From: Botryllus schlosseri
Lineage: Eukaryota
Assembly: GCA_051294905.1 (NCBI GenBank)
Contig: CM119371.1
Location: 36,086,001 to 36,150,000 of the forward strand
Direction: 5' to 3'
Length of the DNA: 64,000 bases
A program made the translations under genes and the position numbers. This document shows positions 24,686-39,600 of the stretch, piece after piece. The first letter of the stretch is position 1, and each line of letters begins with the position of its first letter. The notes below the pieces were generated by a model. It ran no database searches. It saw only the letters and a list, made by a program, of their open reading frames with translations, and was not told the DNA's origin.

Positions 24686-27600
24686 CTACCCGCCCACACG
24701 ACTCAAGAATGTTCGATCACCGGGAATACTTTCGACGAGTTGGCTTCTGAGCATGTACACTTGCCGTTGTAGGTGCGATATCTGAAAAGTGCAGGGTAAA
24801 GGATTAGTCATTGGAGGACATAGGGATTCTTATTCTCGAAACGGGCAGAGAGCCATCTTGTCTCCAAATTACTACACGTTCGGCGCGAATTACAAGAGGT
24901 TACAAGAGAACATGTAAAAACTAAACCAGCTATCTCCTTAGTTGACGGTCAACTAATTACTGGATTGTGAGCAGCTCCAGTTCTAGTTTTCCTGGCGGAT
25001 TTTTGAAAAGTGGATAGTGGTAGTTCTAGTTGTAGTTGCGCATTTTGGACAGTGACTAGTTCTAGTTCTAGTTCTAGTTGCAGATTTTGGATATTGAGTA
25101 GTTCTAGTACTAGTTGTGGATGTCGGAAATTGAGTAGTCATAGTTATAGTTGCGGATTTTGGGGAGTGACTAGTTCTAGTCGCGGATTTTGGAAATTGGG
25201 TAGTTCTAGTTCTAGTGCTAGTTGTGGATTTCGGAAATAGAGTAGTTGTTTGTAATCATAGCTATAGTTGCAGATTTTGGGGAGTGACTAGTTCTATTTG
25301 TAGTTGCGGATTCTGGATAGTGACTAGTTCTAGTTCTAGTAGCGGATTTTGGAAATTGAGTAGTTCTAGTTCTAGTACTAGTTGTGGATTTCGGAAATGG
25401 AGTAGTTGTAATCATAGTTATAGTTGCAGATTTTGGAGAGTGACTAGTTCTATATAGTTGCGGATTTTGGAAATTGAGTAGTTTTAGTTTTAGCACTAGT
25501 TGTCGGAAATTGGGTAGTTGTATTCATGGATATAGTCGCGGATTTTGGAGAGTGACTAGTTCTATTTCTAGTTACGGATTGTTGGTAGTGACTATAGTTC
25601 TAGTTCTAGTCGCGGATTTTGGAAATTCACCAGTTCTAGTTCCAGTTGCCGAATTTGGACAGTGACTAGTTCTTCTTCTAGCTACGGATTTTGAAAAGTG
25701 AGTAGTTGCAGTTCTATTTCTGGGTGCAGATTTTAGAAAGTGACTAGTTCGAGTTCGAGTTACTGGTGATCTGTTGTGTGATATGAAATGATTTACCGGT
25801 ACATTGTTGGCCTACGTCAGCGGTACTCGACCATTTTTAGCAAAGGCCAGTTTACAATGTTTTCTTAGGTCGGTTATAACTCTCATGAAATAATTTACTG
25901 TCCTCGTGATTCAATACTGTATATAACCAATTAACCATTAAACATATACAAAGTTCTGTAAAGCGATATTAGTAAAAGCTATCAGCGAAATGTATTCATT
26001 CTTCTGTCAGCCACAGCTAGTGGGAGGATTAACAATAGTTATATATCGCTAGTTCAGAGGTTCCCAACCGGGGGGAGGGGAATCCTCACTTCGAGGAAAT
26101 TTTGAAATTTTAGGGGGAATCAATATTGTCAACAGCAGTTGTTGACTGACAACGCTGAAGCTGTGCGTACACTGCTGGCAATGTTGTCTATATCCCAATT
26201 TTTCATCGCGCGCTTTTTGATATTATAACCAATGCTCACGCAGTCTTGCTTCAGTTAGGATATTGCGGTACGTTCAGCATGGTACCATGTCAACCTATTT
26301 GTTTCATTTGGCCGTTTATGATTCACAATGACCATACAATCGGCCGTCTACAACGGTAGGCCTGTAAAGTAGGCTACAAGCTGTAAAATGTCAAATGACA
26401 AGCTCACCGAAAGTGCAAACGTTTATGATACAGACGAATGCATGTGGCAAAAAGATTTTGACTTTGTAAACAATTTTGACAAGTTTTTGACCTAACGCTA
26501 CAATTTCGACAAACTTTTGACTCATTTTGACATGTCAAAAAAAAAAACGCCTAACCTGTGAACATAATGACGGAACGCGTTTGTATACTATACTTACTTG
26601 GACAGCCATCCTACGGTAGGCGCCCTCGAATTGCTGAACGCTGATTCGACTCGCTTTCAACTCCTCGACGTCAGCTTGCAGTTTCTCAAATGTTGCACAG
26701 TCTGGGCAGTCTGACATAGAAATAATGCCGTGAACTAACCTGGTAAACTAAATGATTCTAGTTGACTAATAAGGCTAGCAGGAGCAGACCTGCGCAAACT
26801 CCGGCCCGCGAAAGTTGCTTGGAATTCAAAACATACTTTTGAGTATCGCTGCTTGGAATAAAACGATAGGCAGTATAAACTAAACCAGAACAGAAATTGG
26901 TTCGCTTGAAAGCCTGTTCGTTAATATGCCGCGATTACGCAGCCTACGTTCCTCGCTTGCGTAATCCAGGGTGTTAACCATTAAGCGAGTCACAAGGCTC
27001 CGAGTCGCAAGTCAATCTACCTTTTATAGGTTTGACTGGAGTCACGTTGAGTCCTTTTCAATTCACCACCGAGTCAAGTCCGAGTCCGAGTCAGCGAGCA
27101 GAGGGTCGAGTCCGAGTCCAAGTCATTGTGTTGACTGCTCAGTTTCCAGTTAAAATCTTGCTAAACCCAATTTTTATAACTCTGTTTGGTGATATCGAAT
27201 GGTTCGCGTTTATAACGTACTGAATTTACTCGCTTTCAGCAGTTTCTGGTCGCATTTTCAAGTACCAGTACCAATAGACGTAATCCCAATAGTGTGGTTA
27301 CTTTACTATTCTTCGAAATTACAATAAAATGTCGGTCCGTATTTTGAGAAAATGACTCGAGTCAAGTCGAGTGATCAGAAATCCGTGATTCGAGTCATGA
27401 CACGACTCATTACATCCTTGGCGTAATCCAAATTCAAAGTGAAGCGCAAATGTAGCAAAGTATGCCGTAACAATTTAAGTCACGAGAAGTCACTCTTTCC
27501 ACATAGTTTATTAGTTCAATTCTTATTTATTACCATTGTCACATTACGTATTACACGGTCTGTGCTTCAAATTGTAACATGATACGTTTCCAAATCCCTA

Positions 27601-30600
27601 ATTCGTAAAACAAGGTAATCAGTGCCCGTTTTTACTATGAGATATCGACATCAATAGATGATGAACGGGCATGTCAAACTGAAATTCAAACAAGGTATGG
27701 AGCACTAATAAAACTGAAAGCTTCGCTCAACACGGCGATTTCACCAAGCTGCACACTGTTACAAAGGCAGCGACCAAGACAATAAGCTTTTGAATAGTAT
27801 ATTCATATTGAAATAAACCAGAATATTTTCGGCTGACACTCGTCAGGGGTAATCGTCAGCAACTAGTAGAGAATCGGAAAGAACATTGTATATATCAACA
27901 ATCGTATCACAAAATATGACGTCACCGGCATGAAAGAGAGAGCGCTCAATGTACTATCTTTAGGTGGTACACAAACTCCTTTTGTTGACAGAGTTTGGGT
28001 TGGTGTGTTTCGATAAAAGTCGACTCCAAGGCACACAAATGGAAGTGACGACGCGAAATCTGGCATCACGATAATTATTCGCGCAAATCGGATTATCCAA
28101 CAGAAGTTTGCCGATGGCAGAATAAATGGCCTGCTGACTAGTTGCTGAGGATTACCTCTGACGAGTGTCAGCCGAAAATATTCGGGTTTATTTCAATATG
28201 AATATATTCAATTGTATGTTGAAGTTCTGTACCTCCAAAAAGCTCGACAATAAGCTTTGTAGTATCCCCAATATACATTTTAATGTCTTAATAGAAAAAC
28301 GTGGATAGGGGTTTTAAAGAGAGTTTGGAATGTATCGAATGGAACGGAAAATAAATACAATTTTTTGTTAATTAACCTTCACTTTCTCATTATATAATAA
28401 TCAACTCATTCCTGAACAGGATTTATAAACAATGTAATGCATTGCTTTCAATTCGGAAATAAAATTATTACCCCGGAGAATATAACTAAATATTTAGAGT
28501 CGGCCCACCCCTAAGCTAGAGAAAAATGACGGTAAGCCAATTCTAACCGAATAGTGAATTGTTTTATGCTTTGACTTCAACTCTAATGCACTCAGTGCTC
28601 TTCCTGAAAATTTTGCAAGGGAAGAGCATAGCGCGAAACGACGCATTCCATTCTAATTCTGATGCGCACATATAGTCGCAGTGCTTCAGAGTCATTAGAG
28701 TTACAATGATTAGAACATAATGCCGGTATAATCTAATTTGTGAAATGTTTCTATGTTCTTATTTCAATTCTAACCTAATTCCTGAATTTCCTGAATATGC
28801 AACAGGAAAATTGAACGAAAATTTACCATTCTTCTGCTTATTGAGAATATTCTGAAGATTGATACGAACTTAACTTGATTGCCGATTCAGTTATTATTAA
28901 AATGCTGCATGCACAGCGTGTGGCTGTCTCAAAGCATCGAACATTGTCGTATACTCACGGCCGCACGTATGGTCGTCTTCTCCCAGCTTAAAGTCCGCTT
29001 CGCACGTGCAATTGTAGGTGCCGTTGAAGTTGTGGCAGCTTTGATCGCACCCTCCGTTTGATGTGGCGCACTCGTTTATATCGTGGCATCTCTCGTCGGC
29101 ACCGACCTCATACCCATCCAAACAACTGCAGCTGTAAGAGGAACGTGGGGTGTGATTTCCGCTTATTTTTATAGGTAATCGAAGAGATCTCGGAGGTGCA
29201 CAACTTCAGTGCCAAATTGAATTTATCGTTAGATCATCTATAACTGAGCAGGGACGCTCGAATCTCGGTCGTGTTCAGCATGGTATCTCATCAAAAACCT
29301 TCGTGTGCAAGTGGAAGCAGAATTGTTACAATACTTATTCAAATGGAATCGGAAACAGTAGGTCTGAAGAGTGATCGAGTATGTAGAGAATTTAAAAAAG
29401 CAGGATCGAAGGGCAGCAAACTTTTAACAGATAAATCGTTTTGAAATTTGGATCTATCCCGTATTTGGCACTATTGAAGGGCCGCATATCTTTCTCAGAT
29501 TTGAAAAGTTGAAATTCACTCTGAAATTATCCCAAAAACCCGAAATTACCGAGCAAACTCCACTATCCCACCACTTTCAAATTCTACCATTGCGTGAAAG
29601 ATCTGCTATTACGTCACAGTGTCTATTTATGATGATAGAGCTTAGATCAGTGGTTGGATTTGGGGATGGGCCAGGGTAAGGCTCGGGGTTAGGATATATA
29701 TAAGGGTTAATTTCAGGGATATATTTCGGTTCCGGGTTGGTTTTCGGGTTATCAAGTAACATGCTCAACTGTCGTTTCCATTGTGTCGCATGCTCATATG
29801 TCAGGCAACTAGTTCTTCAACCATACATTCCAGCACTTGATGCACAAGTTTGCGGGAATTATACGCTAAGTAATATTGGACTTATTTCAATTTATACTTG
29901 ACTGTGAGCCATTATTTTTATGTTAGTAAAATCGTGTCGAAATTTACTCTTCACAGAGACGATATATAAAGGTCTATGGCCAGAAGAACTCAAGGTATCC
30001 TCGTCTGACTGGTATTTATCCATGCGTTTGGCGTTAGTCTGCAAGAATTCTCTTTCCCGGTTTTCAGAAGCGGCCTTGAAATGCTTTAGACACAACTAAT
30101 ATCCCTTCTTTTCACATTCATATACAGAAATTGTCTATACCTGTTCATAGAAACAAACGACAACTGTAGTCTATTATACTTTTGGTGGCATATTTAGACG
30201 TCAATCTGCGGTTGGGAATCGCTATTCGAAACTAAGATCATACCATACCGGTTGCTTTATGTAGAGTCTGACTTACATCAAAGGTTTGGGCCGACACCGA
30301 TATAACATATTTTCGCCGGTATTCCCTACCTATATGAAAACACCAATTACTCGAATTGGAACTTCTAATTGGTGGCAGTACTTTCAAAAATATATCCAGA
30401 AGTGGTCAAAGTAAATATATAGTGAAGTGAAAGCGGAAGTTAAGCTGTGGAGTCCTGCTCAAATATAGGCGAAACCAACTGGAGCGCTTTTAAAAAGTAA
30501 AAGTCACTGACCACCTCTGCTTGCAGTACTTCGTACGGATGACTGGTAAAATCGTTTCGCAGTTTGACATTGATTTGTCGCTAAGAAAGCCTTGGACCAA

Positions 30601-33600
30601 AGACCTGATTAGGAACACCGGCTTCCATGACTTCCCCGTTTGGCGTTCATTATTGCCGGGTTAGCTTGGAAGGGGTGTTGCAAGACTTAGGAAACCTTAC
30701 AAGGCTATATCTTGTGCCTTATACCTTGTGCAGCGGCATATGCGCATCATGCACGCATGGTATGCATATGCACAGATCGTGTGAATGTATATCATGAGTC
30801 TGTGCATATGCCGCAAAAAACATCAAAGACAGAAATAAATAACATCCTGTCCTACCTGAAAGATCCTGGTGTGTTCCGGCAGACGTGATGGCACCCACCG
30901 TTGTTTGTGGCACATTCATCGATATCTGTGATATGCAAAACAAAGACCTATGACATTAGTGAGTATGATGCGTCACACCAGAGCGAAATGAATAGCGCAC
31001 AAAAGAATCAATATTGGAAAGGTATATCGATTGTTGGAGATGGTCCCAAATCGGTGATTCCCAACTGCGGCTCTGATTGACCTCTAAATAAGCCACAAAA
31101 ATATAATGAACGACAGTTGTTGTTTGTTTCTATGAATAGTTATGGTCAATTTCTGTATACCAATGCTAAAATGAGGGATAGTAGTTAGTTACAGTATGTC
31201 TAAAGCCGTCCAAGGCCGCTTCTGAAAACCGGGAAAGAGAATTCTTGCAGACTAGCGTCAAATGCATGGATGAATACCCGGCAGACAAGGATACATCTTG
31301 AGTTTTGCTGGTCATAAATTTAAACAAGTCAAATATTACTCAACGTATAATCCCACACGAACTTGTGCATAAAGTGCTGGTTTGTATGGACAGCTATCAC
31401 ATAACGCATTAATAGTATGTTGTAGTAATGATATGGAATTTCAGTTTATTTCAATGTATAACACTCGCCAATCTGCGACTTTCGATGCTAAAATAACCGA
31501 TATAGAATCTCTAGAAGTCTTTGTGCATGCTTTTGAATAAGCTGGATGGTGAGAGCCAGAGGTAGCCTAGCTACCTTCAAATTGTCGTTATGGGTAGCCT
31601 GACTTGAGTGTTTTTATGCGGCTCCGACATCCGAAAAGGTAGGGAACCACTGGTCAAAATAGTCTGAATTGGTACCGTACTGAGTGAAAGTAATTCTCTA
31701 GATTTTTACTCAATTACAGATATATGCAGCTATTTCTAAGACCAGTCAAAACGAATGCAGTTAGACATAGAAAAGATCGGGAGAGTACTCAAGCAGTTTT
31801 TAAAAGGTTGAGAAATCATGTAGGCCTGATATTATTTACCAGTTAAAGAGCTTCTTTGAGGTAGAGAAAATTAAATAGTATATTCATATTGAAATGATCT
31901 CGAATACTTTCGGCTGACACTCGTCAGGGGTAATCGTCTACAACTAGTAGAGAAGGGAGAAGAACATTGTTTATAATCAATCGTATCACAAAATATCACG
32001 TCACCAGCATGAGGTTCGCGTACCATCTAAAAACAGTACATCGAACGCTCACGTATTCGAAATTTCATGCTAGTGACGTCATATTTTGTGATGCGATTGT
32101 TGATATACCATATTCTTTCCAATTCTCTACTAGTTGCTGACGATTGCCCCTGACGAGTGTAAGCCGAAAATATTCGGGTTCATTTCAATATGGATTTACT
32201 ATTCAATATTAATTAACTGGAGCTGGCCACTGTTTAAGTTGCCGGACAAATCTTCTCTACTAACACCAAATGACTAATGAACCCACAGATGGCAGCCAGT
32301 TTCGAAAATATACTCAGTTATGCCGACACAGAGACTATATCCCCGATACTTTCAGGGATTTCACTCAAATTTAAACTTATCTCAAAACCAATTTCAGTTG
32401 TACGAAATTCATCACTTAAAAAGTATGCGACAGGGTTCTAATGACTCGAGTCACGATTTTCTGACGATTCGACTTGACTCGAGTCATTTTCTCAAAATAC
32501 GGAAATGACTCGAGCCAATCTATGTATTGACTCAATTCGGACTCGAGTCATTGCGCATTACTAGAACCAAGTCATATGACTCTAGACTCAGACAGCCAAG
32601 ACCGACATTTCATTGTAATTTCAAAGAATAGTAAAGTGACCACACTATTGGGATTTCGTGTATTGGTACTTGTACTTGAAAATGCAACTAGAAACTGCTA
32701 AATCTGAGGAAAATTAGTACATCACAAATGCGAACCATTCGATATCACCAAACAGAGTTATAAAAAGTAAGTTTAACAAGACTTTAACAGGAAACTGAGC
32801 CGACAACACAATAATTTGGAATGGGACTCGAGTTATAATACCATGACTCGGATTCGACCCTCTGCTCGCTGACTTGGATTCAGAGTTGATTGGGTGATGA
32901 AGTGAAAATGTATCGACTTGAATCGAGTCAAAACTTCAAAAGTGAGATTGACTTGCGGCTCGGAGCTTTGTGACTTGGTAAAAGGAACTGACTCTACAGC
33001 CCTGGTCGTTCCTACACAAGACTCACCCACGCATGTCTTATTATTCCCTTCGCCGAATTCCCTGCCCTGGAAGCAGTAGCATCTGAACCACCCGTCCATG
33101 TTGGCACAGCCGTCGCTGCAGCCAGAGGTGTTTCGTAGGCATTCGTTCACATCTGAAACGCGTTTGAAATGTATTTCAGGCAAACGAAAGTATATAGCAG
33201 TGGTTCTCGATTGCCCTCTGTGCAAGTTTCCTGCCGGTCCGCCAGATATATTCGAATTTTATACCTCAATTCCAAAATGCAGGAAGCTGGGAGCTTTTCC
33301 ATTTAATTAAAGAAATAAAACATCAAATTCTAAATTTATTTAGAAGTGTGGGACATGTTATTTCAAATAGGCTTTTCGAAGTATCGAACTTTAATATTAT
33401 ATATTGTATATTGTTATATATATATGTAATATTGTCAATATTATGTCACAACAACAAAATTCTTACTATATTTCGAACTTGGCTGACCTCATTTACTGGT
33501 GTTCGCTCCTGAAGAGAACCAGTCGAAAAGCTTCGAGCGAATTAATTTGGCAACATGAATGTATTGTTTGCTGCAACAAATTATTTTGTATGGTGTCGAA

Positions 33601-36600
33601 GAAGAAAGTCCATTGTTTACTTTGGGTTTGCCTCACAATGGTACAAGTGTTATAAGAAACTGCTTAAAAGCAGCCTAAAACTCGCCTCCAACAAGTTACA
33701 TGTAAAAGCTACGAAGGCTGGTACAGGCGGGTTTTTCCGAAAAATTTTGCTTCACTTTCCAAAACTGTAAAACACGACCTTGCTGGGATGCGAAACCAAC
33801 AAGTAACATGCCGCTGGATTCGGAATGTCAACGCCTAACCAACTGTGCCACGAAGTGAGACGGAGGCAGGTGAACCGACCGTCTATATAAAATCAAGAAG
33901 ACGCGATAACCTCGTTGTAAAAAGGGACACATTTTGGTTACTTCCTTATAGAGTCCACAACGTATACTTAGTGCGAATTGTAACGTGCTATTCACTGCAA
34001 CAGAGATGTCTTCTTTCGAACAAGCCATGGGTGGCCGTTTTTTCGCAATTAATTCGATCGATACTAGCAACACATGGTACAGTGTTTCACCATAAACAGG
34101 CAGTCTGACACTCTCGGTGTGTGTAACCCGGTTAAAGAAACGTCATTTCTTTCAGGCGGCTACACAACTCCCCTAAGATGTTTTTTACGACCCCCAGTAT
34201 GAGAACCTCTGTACCATATGTTTGATGGAGAGAGAGGATCAAGATATTTCACGCTCACCAGCGCATGTGTAATTATCGGCGGAAAGTTCATATCCTTCGT
34301 GGCACCCGCATCTGTGCTTCCCGATCTCGTTGAGACATATCTGATCGCATAACGCGGAACCTCCTTCCGCAGCGCATTCGTCGACGTCTTGATTGGAAGC
34401 AACAAGATGTTTTTTAGAGTACAAGAATCGAACAATAGCCACATGTACACTAGGACCGTACGATATCAACGTATTTTTTTCAGATTTTACTGGTTACTTG
34501 ATAAAACTGTTAGATTACCTAAAAAAACAACGCTGCACACCATTTTTGGTTCAATCCCAACCTACAGAAGCATTGCTATATACGAAAAAAAGTTTTGGAC
34601 ATATTTAATGAAAACACCCTTAAAATTTATCCAAATCTTTCTGGGTACCGCATGAAATTGGCACGTAGTCCTCAATAACGATGCACTGTCAATTTGGCTC
34701 AATTCAAACCTGTAGAAGCGAAGTGATTGATGTTCAAAATTTAGGATTTCAAATCATAGCATTCACGGTGGGTAAAACTATCATTTGAAAGTAAAGAATT
34801 TTCCACTGTAAATACTATTTTTTTTCCGAATCGAAAATTTTGTGCTCCGATAACTGCGCTTCTACCACTTGGAATTTACACAAATTTAATGTGCGTCGTT
34901 TTGTCCGAAAACCGAACAATTTCATGGGCTGAGCATAACAAGTTTGAATAAATTTTATATTTATTTTTATTAAATATGTCAAAAACTTTTTTCTTATACA
35001 GCATTGCTTCCATGGATTGGAATTGAGTCAAAATTGGTGTGTACCGAATTTTTAGGCCACCCAACAATTTTATCAAGAACCCGATAAAATTTGAAAAAAA
35101 TGTATGACTCAAGAGCTCTGAATTACATGTACACGACACTTAATAAGAAATAGCGTACAGAAACGACCACAAAATAGACATGCGATGGAGAGCCATGTTT
35201 CAATCAAAAGTGGTCAGGAATGAAGTATTTCTGTGCTCAGACATATCATAGCTAAGTGATGTCTAGATATTGTAGTCGATTTCCTGCGTTGCGAAATACC
35301 CATATATATGTAATGCATCCTATAGTCATAGTACGGTAAGCCTATCGATATTCCAAATCTCTGTTCATCAGTTACTTATATCTTGTTTCATATCCTGATA
35401 TACCAACCAATCAAATATTGTTTTCAAATTGAAGTATACCCGATTATGTTAGGCTGGCAGTCGTCAGGAGCAATCATAAGCAACTAGTAAAGTGAAGAAT
35501 TGGAGAGAACATTGTATATACGGTGTTACATTTACATGGTGCAGTGCAATATACAAGTACTAAAAATGCAGCCAAAAAAGACAACGATATACCTGAGCAG
35601 GAACGGCCGTCGTCAATAAGGTAGAATCCGCTGCGACACCCGCAAGTGAAGCTTCCCAGAGTGTTGTTGCATAACTCATTGTGTTGACACAGTGACTGTG
35701 AGCACTCATTGATATCTGTAACCATGGAGTGCACATACGTAATTTACGCATCATTGCACACAGTGCTTAGCTCAGCTACAAATCAAAATTTGGAGATAAG
35801 CTTTAACAGCAATGCAAGGAGAGTACACTTGGTCACGCATTCTAGCATGGCTAGCAGGGATTCATAGAACTACAATCCGCAACCAATAGACTTAAGATAT
35901 TGACATATATCTTATAGCGTGTAGGTGTCAAGATGTAGCATTACTAGCTTAATTCATGCTCAAGCACAGCAAAGGGTGCAAAGATGTTCCAATCAATTAT
36001 GTTAAGTCTTGAAAATGCATCCTAAACTATAGATGCCATATCTTTTGAATATCAGCTGAATATATCGAGATATTGCTTACAAATCTGACATTGATCGGGC
36101 TGTAATGATACTGATATCGTGATATCGGGTGATATCGAAGACTTCACATTCATAATATAATCATTTTTCTCACTCTTCGCATGTTTATTTTTCATTGAAA
36201 CAGGAAAAAGTCTGTTTCTGGGCCTGTCATCAGTTATAGGTCCAGATACACGAAACTTGAACCACGCCATGGGCAATAATGACTTGAGTACAAGTGGAAT
36301 AATCACGTAAATTGACTGAAGTTTCAGTCATCATGCGAGATAGCTTGTGGAATCAAGCCATGGCTGCGTCCGTTATTAAAAACTAATGTAAGCCAAATTT
36401 ACCTGTACAGATACCATCAATCGTGACGTATCCAGGATGGCACTCGCATCGGAATGACCCGACGGTATTCACGCACTGCTGCTGACACCCGTGGCTGTAT
36501 CCTGAGTACCAAATAAGAGACTTGTCATCTTACACTCGGATACGCTAATACTAAGCAGTGTCATGGCATTGCATTGTTGAAATAAACAGTGCCAGTAATT

Positions 36601-39600
36601 TTTCTTGCATAAACAGTGGTAGGCATTCTTCTTGCATAAAATATTACTCAAGACGTGAAAGCGTATATTTTCGTTAGTCGAACAAATAGACACTCTATTC
36701 AAATCATTATATTACCAAATTAAGACAAGAATTAGAATTACAGCAACAGTTTTTCCCAGATTAGATTAGAATTAGAATTATAGCTATACACTTTTTTCCA
36801 AATTAGATTAGAATTAAAATTACTGGAATCGTGAAAACTTGGTCATTGAATAAAGTTCTTGCGAAATTAGACTAGAACTAGAGATATAGCTACACAGTTT
36901 TTCTCAAACTGCATTAGAACTAGAGTTATCACTACACACGTTTTCTCCTAATTAGATTAGAATTAGAGCTATAGCTACACCGTTTTTTTTTTTCAAACTA
37001 CATCAGAATCAGAGTTGTCCTACACACGTTTTTTCCAAATTAGATTAGAATTAAACTTATAGCTACAGTTTTTTTGAAATTAGACTAGAACTAAACTTAT
37101 AGCTACACAGTTTTTTTCCAAGTTAGACTAGAACTTAACTTATAGCTACACAGTTTTTTTTCCAAATTAGACTAGAACTAAACTTATAGCTACACAGTTT
37201 TTTTCCAAATTAGACTAGAACTAAACTTATAGCTATACAGTTTTTTTTCCAAATTAGGCTAAAACTAAAGTTATAGCTATACAGTATTTTCCAATCAGAA
37301 TTATAGCTACACATTTTTATCAAAATTAGATTGGAATTACATTTGTAGCTACACAGTTTTTTCAAACTACATTATAATCAGAGTTGTCACTACACACGTT
37401 TTTTCCAAATTAGACTAGAACTAGAGCTATAGCTACACAGTTTTTTCAAACTGCATTATAATCAGAGTTGTCACTACACACGTTTTTTCCAAATTAGATT
37501 GGAACTAGGGCTATAGCTAAACAGTTTTTTCAAACTACATTAGAATTAGAGTTTGTCACCACACGTTTTCTCCAAATTAGATTAGAATTAAAGCTATAGC
37601 TACACAGTTTTTTTCAAACTACATTAGAATCAGAGTTGTCCTACACACGTATTTTCTAAATTAGATTAGAGTTACAGTTATAGCTACACAGTTTTTTTAA
37701 ACTACATTAGTATTAGAGTTGTCGCTACAAAGTTTTTTTTTCAAATTAGACCAGAATTAAACTTATAGCTACAGTTTTTTTTCCAAATTAGACTAGAATT
37801 AAACTTGTAGCTACATAGTTTTTTCAAACTACATTAGAATTAGAGTTGTCGCTACACAGTTTTTTTTCAAAGTAGACTAGAATTAAACTTATAGCTATAC
37901 AGTTTTTTTTTCCAAATTAGGCTAAAACTAAACTTATAACTATACAGTATTTTCCAATCAGAATTATAGCTACACATTTTTTCTAAATTAGATTAGAATT
38001 ACAATTGTAGCTACGCAGGTTTTTCTAAACTAAATTAGAATTAGTTCATACCTAATTAGAGTTCATCCTCACAAGCAGCTCCAGCTCTAGTTTGTGAACA
38101 CTAGCATACATACCATATTGCCAACGAGTATCGCGATCATATACAAAGTCTCAACTACCTCCATAAACGTTGGCGGCACACTCGTCGACATCCTGGCACA
38201 CGGTTCCGTTCACGACAACGTAGCCTGGCGGACATTCGCACGAGAAACCACCGGCAAAATTGGAACACGAAGAGTCCTTGAAATCGATGTCGATATTAGT
38301 TTGTGTCAGGGTAATAATTTCGTCAAAACAAGAAAGCTATCGTGAAGAGAGCTTGGATGGTATTAAGATCGTTGCCAAAGACATGAAATTGTACGTTAAC
38401 GCTGTTCAAAATTAACTTTTCAAATTAACTTCGGTAGATTGCAAAAAAAAATCGATGTACACCAATCTTTGGTCGATTCCAACCTATAGAACAGGGGTGT
38501 CAAACATACGGCCCGCGATATTGATTATATCCTGCACATTTGTAATGAATGTGAAGATTTTTTGCAGGAAATACTCTCGATAAATTTTACCTTAAGACAG
38601 CAAATGTCGAGCATGCTCATAGGCCACATTGTAACCACCAGACCATAGCGTTCTGGTTTCACTCTTTCTAGTTCGAGAAGACAAAAAGTGCACACTGAGT
38701 TCAGAGTTTCATGGAAAAATGGACCAATACTAGCTATTCACAGAAGTTAAAACGCCAATGGAAAACCGTTGTACATGCCATTTGCATGGAAATATATTTG
38801 CTACGCTTTCACAAATATGTAATTCAAATATCTATGATCGCACTGCTATGTGTCACTTCCCAACCAATAGGTCCCCGGACTTGGGTGGAGAAAGCGGACT
38901 TGCGAATTAATAATAATGACCCAAATACATACGTCCGCATTTACAGTTAAATATCTTGTATTCCTCACAGCGCATACGCTGGGCTAACGCCAGATTACGA
39001 CTCAAGCAAAAGGAACGTGGAAATATGCCAAGTAATAACAACTTATAACTGTCTTGTCAACTGTATTCAGCGGACAATCATCATAGTTTGTCAAGTCGAT
39101 TGTTCGCGAATAAAGGTGTTGCGACTTGCTAGAATAGAATACCCATGATCCATGTATTATCTATATATGCTTTATAATAAAGCATCCTAGTGAAAAGCAA
39201 GGACACTAGGTAACATTTGGGAATCCTTTGGTTGGCAATTTGAGTTTGACACCCCAGCTATAGAAGCATTGCTATAACAGAAAAATGTTTTTAATGAATT
39301 CAGTAAAATTTATTGTGCATCGTATTTTTGTCGGAAAACCTAACAATTGTAGCAGGTTTGAAAAAAAAAGTTACGATTGAACAGCCCTATTGTACACAAG
39401 TACTAGAAAATCAACTTTTATAAAAATTCCATTATTTTCATGTCATAGAGTGTGTTTTTGGTAGCATGTCATTCAAAGTAACAAATTGAGCGACCACAGC
39501 ATCCTATCACAAGATATCACGTGCCCTAAAGGTCAAAAACCATTGTGGACAGTGGACTATCGTAACGGCGTCAAACGAATTTAATACCAAGGCATCTGGC

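Noticed and set aside
25010..25665. Ser/Thr-rich mucin-like ORFs
   Set aside because: Translations of a minisatellite on both strands with stops and frameshifts; flanking exons join in frame without them.
36715..38060. CRISPR-like regularly spaced repeats
   Set aside because: Contiguous degenerate tandem units with no unique spacers, no cas genes, eukaryotic intron context.
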